Numbered from the stretch's first letter, positions 38,620 to 51,590 are shown. The stretch: DNA of 64,000 nt from Mytilus californianus (GCF_021869535.1 NW_026262668.1:30628001-30692000); one strand, 5' to 3'. Program-made: numbers and translations. The notes: generated from the letters alone by a model not told the origin.

Positions 38620-40497
38620 GCAAACACCGGTACGTTAATTACCGTTAGTGACGTTCATTGGACAAATTGAATTGACAATGTAATTAATGTAGGAAAGACG
38701 TTTTTTTTTTTTTTGCTGAATATGAAAAAAGACTTGTCATTAACATTATTTTACTCTTTAGGATCCATCGTGAATGTTTCTAGTGTATTAGGACAACGTG
38801 CAGTGAGTAAATTTATATATATAGTGTCTAATGAAGTATAGTGGCCTACTGGAAACCGAAAATTATTTTCGCGAGAGAAAAAATCTGGCGAATTTTAATT
38901 GTCGAAAATAGGTCAAACTTGCATCTTTTTTAATATGAAAATCTATTTTTTTTGGTTTACAGTTCAGGAGTATCGACAGGTACTTGCTAAGCATCTCCTG
39001 CTATGTACACACGATTGGAATACGATTCCTTGCTCGTATCATATAGCAAGTGACATGCAAAGAAATATGATGGACGAATGGATAAACATGTGGGATCCAT
39101 GACATAGTAAATATATCACAACAGAAGTAAAATGACGTATCCAAAGACATCCAGCTGTTTCATGGAATTATAAGTCTACCTTGTGTTTCCATTATGTCGC
39201 CATGTTGCTGTCTCATTGACATATACCCTCTCTCTCTAATATTATAAAAATGATATCACTGATTAGTGTGTAAATTCGAAATCCGTTGATTCGTCTTCAT
39301 ACAACATTATTTCGTCATTGTTATTCTTAAATCAGAAATTATCAGAACATTTTAAAAACACAGTTACCGACCTGTCATCTCAAATTCCAGGGTTCTGTCA
39401 TCAATTTTGGAATGTTCGACAAGTTGAACATGAAGTTTATATATACATTCATGCATAGTTTAGCCTGGAGGACTCCGGTAAGGAGGTCCATTAAACTTAA
39501 AATTCGCCCTTACAAGCATGTCGATGCACTACTTATTCATTTTTCGCCTTTTATAATTCGTTATGCTAATTATCGTGCTTGATGTAATATTTCATACACA
39601 TTTATATTACCTATTAAAATTCTATACAAAAAAATCAATGTACTTTGGGTATTGCACAAAACTATATTTTTTATTCTTTTACAAACACGTGTAACCCACC
39701 ACACATGTGTGTGGTATTGCCAAATCATATTGCCTGTGTTTCAGTCTGTTTAGTACATACTAATTTGCTATTGAAACAGACCCGTGGAACTCTGTGTTTA
39801 ATTCATTCAAAACAAAAGACACAGAAAATAGGGGCAATGTATATACATGTATATGAAATAACACTTCTATGTTAACCTCTAGATGTCTTGTTTGTTCTAT
39901 TGTGTTCGGTTGATGTCTCTTTGACGAATACCTTACATCTCTTTTATAATATTATCACTTCACAGTAACATTATTAAATTTTTAATTTGCAGGGTCCTCA
40001 TTTTTCTGCTTATTGCATTGCTAAAGCTGCTTTGGATATGTTCACACGTTTGTTAGCCTTAGGTATGTGTTACATCATTTATTCTGCCACTGCAGATTTT
40101 ACATGAAAGGAAACCATGTTCAAATGTACATATCATATCAGCACCTAAACATGTTAAATAAATTGTGCTCGGTTTATCATGCAATCTTGACAATTATGAA
40201 TTTGTTTATTATGTTTAGGTCCCTCTTCACGTGTTGCGGTACTTTCAAATCCTTGGCTTTAAAATATCCGGCTTTGAGCGTTCCTGGTGAAGTTAAATTC
40301 AGAAAAGCGCCTCGGACACATACAATTTATATAGTGTTATTTTCATGTATTAATGGAAAGTTCTTGATATTCTATACTACGTTACCTAGCTGTACATTAG
40401 AGTTCTATAATTCAAGCAATAATCTGTAAGAAGAAAGACACTTCGATTTGCCATACATAAAACTTGACGTTTTTATGAACAATGTACAGGCTATACA

Positions 40498-40630
40498 TAT
40501 TAAAATTGAGAATGGAAATGGGGAATGTGTCAAAGAGACAACAACCCGACCATAGAGCAGACAACAGCCGAAGGCCACCAATGGGTCTTCAATGCAGCGA
40601 GAAACTCCCGCACCCGGAGGCGTCCTTTCA
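40498..40630 (+). repeat. Interspersed repeat family B, partial copy
   Basis: aaaattgagaatggaaatggggaatgtgtcaaagagacaac...; related copies at 46195 (-) and 51238. Confidence 0.8.
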
Positions 40631-40912
40631 GGTTCATATATACTACAATGTCGCTCTGGTCTTTTTCTCTACTTATATAGAGACGCCCAGACTGTCGATA
40701 TTAGTTATATTTATAAATCAGATCTATGAGTTTTTATTTATTTCATGGTAAACGGCGCGGAAGATAATTCAATTAGAATCACGTAGCGTCCCCATTTACA
40801 AATGTTTTTTTAAGTTTGATAGATTCGATACTTACGTTGAGAATAAATTGTACAAGTTATAAAGACGAAAGTCCAGACATCTATAATAAATGCATATTAA
40901 AGCGATTTATAA

Positions 40913-41012
40913 TTATATCCCCGCTTTAAAAAAAGTGGGAGTATACTGTTTTACCTCTGTCTGTCCGTCCATCCGTCAGTCCATCAATCCGTCAGTCCAT
41001 CCGTCAGTCCGT
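40913..41012 (+). mobile_element. 5' stub of a HINE-like element at the exon-7 deletion junction
   Basis: Hairpin tccccgcttt-aaa-aaaagtggga followed by a (GTCC/ATCC) microsatellite; flanks match copy A at about 17380 and 17793. Confidence 0.65.
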
Positions 41013-42254
41013 AAAATCCATAATGTATAGTATATTGATAGATGTCTCGAGTCTAACATCCTGCATGTAAGACGTTATCCAAATTCATAATTAATTGGTG
41101 CATGGCAATTCGCTAACCTTAGAACAAGACCGAAAATAAAGTTAGAATAAATATACGGAAAGTTTTTAAGACAAAGAAAAGAGAAGACTATGGTGAATAG
41201 AAACAACACTTACATTGTAAAGTGAATTATCAACCACAACAAACAGAGCAAATCTAAGAATTTACTTGTATTTAACTTTGCTAAATAATTCAAGAAGCTG
41301 GACAAATATTTAAATTTAAATTGTCTTTCTCATTCCAATTCTAATTTCTAATTTTTAATTCTGATATCAAAATTAAACTGTTTCCATGTTCGAACAAACG
41401 TGTTTGTCTTATTCTTATAAAAATGTTTTGAAAAGATTGTCGAGTTAAAATCTAAAGAAAGTATTTTATCATGACTGCTTTTACTATTTTAATTTATAAT
41501 GAATACTGTTTTAGAGGAATGGTCGCATTGAGTTCCAAAAAACAAACACTTACGAATGCATTTTAATCATGCTAAAATGAAAACAACACGTTATAAATTG
41601 CATGCGTCCGAAGCGCTTTGTTGGTTTTACCTTTATCAGAAATGCTCAAAGCCGAATATTTGAAAGCGAACGAAGTAAAGGACAGAAACAGTTGAAGAGC
41701 TATATGAAGAAAAAAGACATAAAAAAAAATAGCCAAATCCATATCAGGTCAACTTTGCCTGAGGGAGTTGAAATCTTAGTTTCTTTATAATTTCAAAATT
41801 GATTAACGGGCAATTTTAGAAAAGTTTGTTATAAATCATGTCATAGTCCTTATTTTTGTGGTTGCATGTGAATCTATTTAAAATCTATTGCATACGCATT
41901 AATCTGGATATACGATATTACAAATAAAAGAGTCCGTATCAAAATTTAAAAAGAAAATGATAGTTAATCTTATATTGTATGGCCAATATGAATTAAACAG
42001 TATCTAAATGGTTCCTTTTTATGTAATTTCTATAACTGATTTATTTTGGCAGTCCGGGATTTATTATGACATCATTCGCAGACAATGCTGGATGGACAAG
42101 CGATATGAAATCAAATGTATTAGATATAGGCTTCTCGTATCTCAGGGGTGCGAGTCAGCCTCGAAGATATGAAACGCCTACACCTGATTTACATAGAAGT
42201 AATAGATAGATATTTTATCTTTTCACTTGTTCTAAAGAGCAATTAGTTTTGATA

Positions 42255-42445
42255 AGGGCTATTCCATTAAAATGTTTGTGGGAGGGTAGGAAGGGAATTT
42301 CAAAATATCCCTACAACCAAGAACCATTTTTTAGATAATTTTGCATAATGGTAATAGACGCATACTGAAAAAAGACCCATGACCCACATTCAATAATTAA
42401 ACTTCACTTCCTACCCTCCCACAAACATTTTAATGGAATAGCCCT
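42255..42445. mobile_element. 191-bp MITE with perfect 39-bp TIRs
   Basis: agggctattccattaaaatgtttgtgggagggtaggaag (42255-42293) and its exact reverse complement (42407-42445); ATA on both flanks. Confidence 0.9.
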
Positions 42446-43792
42446 ATAACAGGAAAAGAGTCATTATCTCAACATTTCTAGATGCAGTAAAACTTGCAGA
42501 AGATGATTTGTAGTTACGGATTTGGAATGAAATCTTCATTGCGTCTATTTTTCTGTCATCAAGTTGATATCTTATCACTGCTTTTGTATGGCAATATGAA
42601 TCGCTGTACTATCTTGTCTTTTTCTGGTTTAATTGCCACAATCTGAACTTTTTGCTGCTAAATGATAACACTTATATTAAGTAAACAAGCAACTGTTTTA
42701 CTATTATCAATGTAATTTGGCGTAAACAAGGTATTAAGTTGCAGTAAATGGCTGACACCAGATGCATCTTCCGAATAAAATTGCATGTACATAATAGGGA
42801 TTTAGTAGTAATCTATTATTCACAAGAGCAGTTATACACCATGCAGCTATATAGTCAAAGAGTAAAGCCAAACCTGCACAAGAACCCCTAGCTACGCATG
42901 AGTGAGATACATTCCTTAAATAAAAATTATCTACAAATTTTTATTTAACAATATCCGTATTTTCATGCCAGAACCAGAGACATATGATAATTGTATTATA
43001 TGTCTCTGCCAGAACCGAAGTACTGGCTACCTAGTGAGATACCGGTATCTCCTCTTAAAACGGGGTTTCTAGTTCATTCTAGATAGTCAACACCTTTGTT
43101 TAATTACTAAGATCATGGACTGCTCGTCTTCCAGAGTGTCGCCAGCTCAGTAGTCAATGTTTCGCTACGGATTTAGAAACTATTAAGATACTGGCAAAAT
43201 TGACTTCGGATGAAGCTGGCTATTTTTAGGTCTTTTTGTTCATATAGCTTTTCAAGTTCTAGTACTTATGCATTTCTAGCATTAAATGTTTATGGTTTTA
43301 GCGTTCCTTATAAAGTTAAATCGAGAAATCAAAGAGGGGAAAACGCAGCACATTAATAAATTGTTATTTTCATTTTCAGTGTTATTAATGCGCTTTTTTA
43401 TCTTTTTTTGCTGGAATTTTGTTTGCTTTCAAATAAATTGAATAGGTTTAATTAGTTGGCTTTTGAAATATTTTTCGTTTTAGGTACTCGGGCGGTTGAA
43501 CGTACTACAACCTCTTGGTGGTGCGGGCAAACCTGAAGACGTTGCCAAGGCAATACGATTTCTGGCATCTGATGAAGCATCATTCACTACCGGACATTTA
43601 CTCTTCGTCGATTCTGGACGACATTGTGCACTTCCAGTATAATAATATAATTTTGTATATTAAAAGCATTAAAAGTGTGTTGACTAAAATTTTAATCCTT
43701 AACATTATTTATAAAATTGATAAATAACATCATTTTCATAATGGAGTCTTATTTAAGTAACAACACCAAACACAAATATATAAAAGACATAT

Positions 43793-44170
43793 AGATTCTA
43801 CCACTGCATCGAGTGTGATACGATATTTATCCACTCGAGACAGTTAAATTTTCAAATTTAAAACGCGAGGCTCGCCGAGCGTTTTAAATATTTAAAATTT
43901 AACTGTCGAGAGTGGATAAATATCGTATTACACGAGATTTGGTGGTGGAATCTGTTTCTCTAATGATTTTCAAACAATACGCAGGCAAATTTATTCCTTC
44001 TTTTCGAATGATCTGCAAAAAGATGTGTTCTTTCTATGTGACGTCATCAGGCATGGTCGCCTTTTTTCATGCCGTCACAATAGGAAATTCAGTGGAAAGC
44101 AAGAAAATTCGACGTCATAATCGGATTTTAACCAATGAAGAACTGAGATCAAACGAACCACACGTTGATT
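43793..44170. mobile_element. Palindromic non-autonomous element in the 3' flank of copy B
   Basis: About 160-bp imperfect hairpin 43793-43953 centred on cgcgaggctcgccgagcg; not seen in the homologous flank of copy A. Confidence 0.7.
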
Positions 44171-44669
44171 AAATTTTTTTTATACAATGGGTGCAGAAAG
44201 GGATAAATTGACGAAGAATTAGAGAAAACAGTATATACAACTTTAAAACATAATATATGACCTTCTAACGATTCTTATCTTCCATAAAGTTTGGCATCTG
44301 CCTTCTTCTCATCAAATGCTCCAGTCGAAGTGATGGGTTGAAGTAGGTAACAGAAGTAGTGAGCATTTTACACTCATGATGTCATTCGGTGTAGTGGTGT
44401 TCATTCTAGTCAGTCTGTCAGTCTTTTCAACTTCATGGTTGGAAACGCTCTCATTTTCTACACTGGAAGCAGGAAGTTTGAAAATGTTATCATAATCTTT
44501 GGGAAATCCTTTTGATACGTAACAAATATTGAAGCCCACTACACTGTTTGTAGGTTACTTATTTACCTGTCAAGTAATATGTGTATTAGTTTAATAAATT
44601 ATAAAAAACACACAAAACATGTACATGCTTGCATAAAAGATATGCAACACGACGGATACTTCTAGTTAA

Positions 44670-44910
44670 GCAGGACTTGCTTACCCTTACAGAGCACCTG
44701 ATATCTACCCAGCTTTTGTGGGTCCATGTTGCTCAGTCTTTAGTTTTCTATATGGTGTTTTTGTGAATTTCTTTTTTCTTTGCCATTGCGTTTTTTTTGT
44801 TTTGTTTTGTTTTTTTTTGGGGGGGGGGGGGGGGGGGAGGTTCACACGGGGTTGTTAGTTTCTCTCGTCTTATGAGTTTTGATTGTCTCCTTGGTATCTT
44901 CCACCTCTTT
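44670..44910 (-). repeat. Interspersed repeat family C copy with a poly-G tract
   Basis: gttgctcagtctttagttttct...ggtatcttccacctcttt; G-run at about 44819-44838. Confidence 0.7.
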
Positions 44911-45071
44911 TTTTATGCAATACTGTTCTTACCAATACAGTTATTTTATAATTTGAACATGTATTGAGTGCAAAATTATGTATTTTTCGTGTTATAATGA
45001 CTTTGAAAACTGTTGAAGATATCACGAGGGCAATAAGACCAAGAAAGACGCACAACACATTGGTTAAAATA

Positions 45072-46192
45072 TTAATCATTCGTGTAATTTGCTCTATGGG
45101 ATGTTTGCAAAATTTCAACGGAGGAAATTTCTTGGCATGGGAGAAAGGAGGAAAGACCATTCACAATTTGTCTAACCTTTTGTTTTTTTAATTAGATAAA
45201 AAAAAAACTTGCTTTCTAACCGATCTATTCATGTACAGGACCAGCAACTCTCTTTATTTAAATAGAAAATCTACAGTGTCAATATACACCTGCATGTTGT
45301 CTGCTTGGAGTCCCCGCCTGAAAAGAAAGGAATATCCCCCCAAGAGTCCAAGATAATGTATACCTGCATCACGTGATTTTTACCACGCGTTGGGCTTAGA
45401 TTAGAATAAATACCGAATATAGGAATATAGAAAGTGAAACTTCAATTAAAAACGTGATATTCAGGACCAATTTCCTTCTAATAAAACATAAAATCCGAAT
45501 GCACCTAGAAGAAAAAAGATTTTTTTTTTTTGCGAAGGGTGCCGGGGGTACTCTCTCAAAATATACATGAAATATTTGCCACTTCACTTTGTCTGTTCTA
45601 TGAATTCTAACCCTGAGTTTCTATCTGTTACATGCCAAGAAATCCTCGCTCAAAACTCCGGTGGATCTCCTACGGCACCCATTAGTAGTTAAATAATTGA
45701 TTTCACCACATTAATTTATTACCTGCATGTACGTGTCGCTTAGAACACGGCCATGTACCAAATGGTCAATATTAATTCTCTGTGTAATTTGCTCTATGGG
45801 ATGTTTGCAAAATTTCAACGGAGGAAATTTCTTGGTATGGGAGAAAGGAGGAAGGACCATTCATAATTTGTCTAACCTTTTGTTTTTTTAGTTAAATAAA
45901 AAAAAAACCTTTCCAATATAGAATTGATAAGATAAAAATATTCCCTGTGGAACCCCTCCTTTTGCTCCCTCCATTTTCACCCCTTGAATTAGGCTTTCCA
46001 ATCTAATTAAAATTAAAACCTTGCTTTCTAACCAATCTATTCATGTACAGGACCGGCAAATCTCTTTGTTTAAATAGAAAATCTACAGTGCCGTTATACA
46101 CATGCATGTTGTCTGCTTGGAGTCCCCGCCAGAAAAGAAAGAAATATCCCCGCCCAAGTCCAAGATAATGTAATTCCTGCATCACGTGATTT
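45072..46192 (+). repeat. Local direct duplication of about 310 bp
   Basis: 45072-45380 recurs at 45772-45910 plus 46020-46192; the second copy carries an extra ~110 bp. Confidence 0.9.
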
Positions 46193-46194
46193 CT

Positions 46195-46530
46195 ACATTG
46201 GCTAGAGGTATAGGGGGAGAGTTGAGATCTCACAAAATATGTTTAACCCCGCCGCATTTTTGCGCCTGTCCCAAGTCAGGAACCTCTGGCCTTTGTTAGT
46301 CTTGTAGGTTTTTTTAATTTTGGTTCATTTTTATGTTTCGGAGTTAAGTGTGACGTACAATTTCTCTGAACTAGTATACATTTTTTGTTTAGGGGCCAGC
46401 TAAAGCCCGCCTCCGGGTGCGAGATTTTCTCGCTGTGTTGAAGACCCATTGGTGGCCTTGAGTTGTTTTTTCTCTTTGGTCGGGTTGTTGTCTCTTTGAC
46501 ACATTCCCCGTTTCCATTCTCAATTTTATT
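46195..46530 (-). repeat. Interspersed repeat family B copy
   Basis: gttaaccccgccgcattttt-gcgcctgtcccaagtcagga...gacacattccccgtttccattctcaatttt. Confidence 0.8.
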
Positions 46531-46989
46531 TTTTGTCTCTGTTTTCTGTTTCAATTGTTATATTGAGTTTTGATAGTTTTGCTTGGTTTTTGTCTTTATG
46601 AGCGTATAGTTTTTAAGTGTATTAACTTTGTCATATGCATAAGTTTTGTTTCATGCAAGAGTATCTTTTATTTTTAGCTTAATATGTCCGATTTTAAGCA
46701 ATATGAACTATAATTGCCATCACTCTGCACAGTTTATCGTCCGTTAAAGCTTTTATAATTGTTTTCTCTCAAAAACTACAGAACCAGTAGTTTTGACATG
46801 TTTTGGATTAAAGATGTCAAGTTGATACAATGTAGCTGTGATGGCTAAAGATAGAATACAGGGGTAAAATAAGTACAATGTGGTGCTATATAGAAGAAAA
46901 GAATAACGAAAGTAGGATGGACAAGGTTATATTTTCATGTATTTTTTTATATGACAATAAAGTATTATTGTGTAATTGTCTAATATCTT

Positions 46990-47575
46990 GAAAGCCATAT
47001 ACAGATGCAGGAAATCGGCAAAGATGAGAAAACGTCAAGATCTTTTTACTTAGAAAATTATTTTAAAATTCCATAATAGCAGGTACACACCTTCAGCATG
47101 TGCAATTTTTCTACAATCTTTCTGTGGAGTCTTGGGGATCTTGGTTGAAAACTGTATAAGGGGAGTTGAAAACTGATGGGGAAGTTGATAAATTTTGCTG
47201 AAAATGACTGTTTCCAAGTCTGAATAAATGAGAAAAAATCCTCAAACAATCCCGTTATAGCAGATGCACAGTATCAACATATGTGCAATCTTCCTGTTAC
47301 GTTTCAGGGATCTGGATTGAAAACTGTAGGCTGGGTTGATTACACAGAACTTGTACCTTTTTTCATGCATTTTACTGAAAAATGTCTCGGCTCTAAGTCT
47401 TGAAAAATTAGAAAAAAATCCTCAAACAATTCCATAATAGCAGTGGCACATTTTCAACATGTGTGGAATCTCCCTGTGAAGTTTTACGGACCTGGATGGA
47501 AAACTGTAGCAAATTAGATATCCACTTTTCCCGGCCCGCCCACCCGCCCATTCGCCCGACATTACCATACTATAA
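46990..47575 (-). mobile_element. HINE-like element with internal ~200-bp repeats
   Basis: Repeated aaaaaatcctcaaacaat..taatagcag..caacat.tgtg.aatct; ends in a (CCCG) microsatellite. Confidence 0.5.
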
Positions 47576-47576
47576 T

Positions 47577-48110
47577 ATAAAAATAAGGAAATGTGGTATA
47601 ATTGCCAATGACTCTCCACCAGAGTTCAAATGTAGTGGATATAAGCAATTATAGGCCACCATACGGCTTTCAACAATGAGATTACCCCATACCGTATAGT
47701 CGGCTATAAAAGGCCCCGACATGAAAAATGTGAAACAATTCAAACGAGAAAACTAACCGCTTAGCTTATGACAAAACAATTAACGAAAAACAAATATGAC
47801 AGACATGAACCAACGACAACCACTGAACTACAGACTTCTGACTTAGGACAGACACATAAATTATGTAATGAGGTTAAACACGTTTGTGAGCTAGCGCTCA
47901 GCTCTCCCCTAACCTGGGACAGTGATGTAACAGCATAAAATAAGAACAAACTATAAAAATCAGTTGCAATTTGCTTAACCAAAAAGATCGGCACGAGGCA
48001 CAAAAACATTAAACAAACAAAAATAGACAGAAATCACAGAAATAAGAGCACTCGCATTTACTAAAGGCTAGTTCACAGCTAATTATTAGTATAACTAATA
48101 AATAAATGAT
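47577..48110 (+). repeat. Interspersed repeat family A copy
   Basis: Same blocks as the other family A copies. Confidence 0.75.
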
Positions 48111-49594
48111 GATCTCCCAGACTAAAGTATCAATCAGAGACATCCAACGGATTTATTATAAAGACGTCTAAACAGAGAAACGAATGACATTGCGCAATGG
48201 CAAAATATAAGTAAACAGTATCGACTGGATGTAAGATTTTATATCTCAATATATATTTAGTTATGTTTTAAACAGTATCGAGTTTTTCCAACCCGGCCAA
48301 AACTGTCAATTTAACTTCAACTATCAATTGACTACTTATTGGACTTATAGCCCCCAAATTAAGATTTTTTTACAATTTTTTTATAGTTTATAAAAAAAAA
48401 ATTAGGAGCTGTCACAGTGGTACAATTACAATCATGTGACAACTCTCCAGCAAAATCCAAATGACGTGGATATAAACTATGGCTAATAATATTTTGAAAA
48501 CAATTTTAGATTGACAAATCAGGATAGTACAATACGTGTTTATTTTATTCACAAACCAACTTTACTTCACTAAGTCTTTTATATTTACTTTCCCAAAACA
48601 GCACTAGAAATGGAAAATATAAATTGAAGGATTTGTATACTAGCCAATATTCTAAACTAACTGCCTGTTTACAGACAAATCTGTAACAAAAAGCTCTTGA
48701 ATTAATAAGTCTCGATTTGTTGAAAGGATTCGATGGGACAAGTAAAATCTCGAGCCAGGTATCGGGAGGGAACTAACGATGTTTGCAAGATTCGTTCAAA
48801 TTATCCTTAGTCACCTCCCGTCTCGCATTTAAACCCTATGTAAGTGGTATGTTTTTTTCGGCTGTGTGGATGTATGAATATGCATCCACGTTCGTTCCGA
48901 ATGCAGCATGTAGGTCGAGTGACATGCACTCTGCACGTAAAAGAACCCTTGCAACAACACTCAAAATGGTCCTTTGGCGGTCTGTTGCAAGGCAAATTGC
49001 TGTCTCTATTCAATATACCCACCGTGGCAGTTCAAATCGCCCGCCGTTCATCCTAGTCGACCTATCTTGCAGATTGTATAATTGTTCTCGTGTGAATATA
49101 CAAGAAATATTAGAAGGGTGGTACTTTTCTTGTTCGATAAATCTTTGTAGTAACCAGTCCTGTTAAAACGGGAATTCGAGTATCTTCCAAAATAACCGAT
49201 TAACAGATGTTTGGAAAATGCATCATGTTAAAGATGTATACTTAAAGGCCAATTATTTTCAAACACAAAGTGCAATACATTTCTGATAAATTGAGTTTAA
49301 TACAAAAATCCCAGTCTCTTATTTATTCTAATTTTTTGGTTGAAATTTGTTAAAATTTAAATAAAATGTATATTCCTAGTAGATGTAAATTGTTTTTAAA
49401 ATTTATTCGTATGACCTTTTTGTTACATATAAACGGATTCAAATTTAACGACTGTTATCGACTAATCGCATTTGCCATAATACATCAGAGGTGGAATGCA
49501 AATTAATGGAAGAAGAAGAATCTGATACAATGAACAGGTATGAATATAAATGTACATACACTACTTCTATATTCTATTACACTTATATATTATC

Positions 49595-49631
49595 ATGGCG
49601 TCTTTACAGGACAAAGTCACCATAATAACAG
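49595..49631 (+). CDS. SDR exon 1d, intact orphan first exon
   Basis: ATG GCG TCT TTA CAG GAC AAA GTC ACC ATA ATA ACA G|gtaagt; I found no exons 2-6 downstream within the window. Confidence 0.6.
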
Positions 49632-50769
49632 GTAAGTCCTTTTTTCAAAATATATGTTCACGCAATGATGTCTAGCAAAATATGGATTGCTTTTCTTGCG
49701 AAAAAGTCCTTGAAGCCTTTAAACATGTAAAAAGTAAAATAACAAAAATACCGAACTCCAAGGAAAATTTAAAACGAAAAGTCCTTTATCAAATGGCAAA
49801 ATCAAAAGCTCAAACACATCAAACGAATGGAAAACAATTGTCATTTTCCTGACTTGGTACAGGCATTTACTTATGTAGAAAATATACTAATGTTAGTAAA
49901 TAAATAATTAGATTGCTTTAGAAAAAATCTTTGGTCTACGATCTATAAATAGATTTTGTTGCTCCTATAAATACCCTTTCCCATACCATCTAATAGTATG
50001 ATTTTTTTTTTAATCTTAAAATATAGATTTTAGTATATCATAAAATTAATAACTAATTATGATCGAAAAGGAGATTCTGTGTATGCAACAATCAGACAGC
50101 AACCCAATGACAAAAATAACCAAAAGACATTGACTGACGACTTCTTATACAAAACAATATCAGAAACTAGGAAGAATACGAAGGGCTTGCAATTAAAGAA
50201 ACAGTTATTTCATTACAAAATGAATATACATGTACAATAAATTTGGTGGATTGATTTATTGATTGATTGATTGGGATTAAAATTGATGTCTTTATATTCC
50301 TTATGGAGGTAGCAAGCCAAAATAACAAAAAATGATAGGATACAGTCAGTTAATAGAGAATATCATATGGCTTTTTCAATATCACATCCGTATCAACCCA
50401 AAACACCAATATAATCCCAAGAGCTCTGCTCAAGGGGTTATAGTGGTTGAGGGTTATATACACTTGATTATATACTTCAAGTAGATGGGTTTTTTTCAAG
50501 TGAGAGGATGAAATTCAGATTAGGGTTTTTGATAAAGCCTTTACAACCGTGACTGATATCGGATATCGATGCCGTGACGTCATACAGTTTAGGGGTTTGA
50601 TTAAACTTTTCTAAACGTGACTGATATCGATATCATCACGGATAGTTGATACAGTACAAATGCCATTGATTTTATTACACATACAGTGTACCTGTATTTA
50701 CTCCTATTAAGTATATAATAAATGAAAATATGTCATCAAAGATCTTTCGGGATAACCCTTACTTCCTGT

Positions 50770-51095
50770 GCTCAACTGATAAGTACATACTGTTTGTAAT
50801 ACATATATTGATAAGATGAATCAGAGCTAGAGATAGAAAATGAATAATGAATGAACTCGAATGTTTTACTACAGAATCTAAAAGTAATGGGGGTCATTGT
50901 AGGAATTGAGTTTGACTCCACAGTTTTCGTAACAAGGCCAAATTGTACAGCCCATGATTTAGTCAAGTTAGAGATAACATCTAGGTCATCAGCCGAAGAA
51001 GCAGCTGCTACAGCGTGATCGTCATCTACTATTATAACAAATAAAGAAGTGTCATGTGCACGAAGTCTTATGCCATTTCAATGCCATTTACAATA
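50770..51095 (-). mobile_element. LINE RT fragment (CR1/L2-like), inverted partner of 52030-52530
   Basis: Minus strand reads aatgatattgtaaatggcattgaa...gatgacctagatgttatctctaac..., then a non-RT tail shared with 52380-52525. Confidence 0.7.
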
Positions 51096-51237
51096 TCATT
51101 ATATAAATCAGAAAAAAGAAAGAGTCCGAAAACTGATACCCGGTGAACACCTGAGTGTACACTTTTAAGAGTTAATGAACAATCTACTAAAATCATAACT
51201 GGCTGATCCAATAGGACTTCAATACTAATATCCTATA

Positions 51238-51590
51238 ATAAAACTGAGAAAGAAAATGGGGAGTTTGTCAAATAGACAACAACCCTACCAAAGAGCAGAA
51301 ACCAGCCCAAGGCCACCAATGGGTCTTCAACACAGCGAGAAAATCCCACATCCGGAGGAGGGCTTCAGCTGGCCCCTTAACAAAAATGTGTAGTAGTCCA
51401 GTGAAAATGGACGTCACACTAAACTTCGAAACATATAAATGAACTCAAATTAAAAACACATACAAGACTAACAAAGGTCATAGGCTCCTGACTAGGGACA
51501 GGCGCAAAAATGCGGCGGGGTTAAACATTTTTAGTGAGATCAATCCTCCCCCTATACCTCTAGACAATGCAGAATAAACAAACACACAGC
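51238..51590 (+). repeat. Interspersed repeat family B copy
   Basis: aaaactgagaaagaaaatggggagtttgtcaaatagacaac...ggctcctgactagggacaggcgcaaaaatgcggcgggg. Confidence 0.8.

Larger units (their letters stand above)
33203..43642 (+). pseudogene. SDR copy B, unprocessed pseudogene
   Basis: Exons 33203-33239 (GTG in place of ATG), 34785-34924, 36476-36568, 37862-38003 (3-nt insertion gives TAA at 37994-37996), 38762-38802, 39993-40062, exon 7 absent, 42053-42116 (altered 3' end and donor), 43484-43642. Confidence 0.9.

Noticed and set aside
48783-49166. Three overlapping ORFs
   Set aside because: They overlap a SINE-core-like repeat of higher GC, which explains the lack of stops; the same applies to the ORFs at 32612-33128 and 53524-53802.
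49507-49545. Possible mini first exon ATG GAA GAA GAA GAA TCT GAT ACA ATG AAC AG|gtatga upstream of exon 1d
   Set aside because: Too short, no partner exon identified, no counterpart before the other first exons; could be chance.
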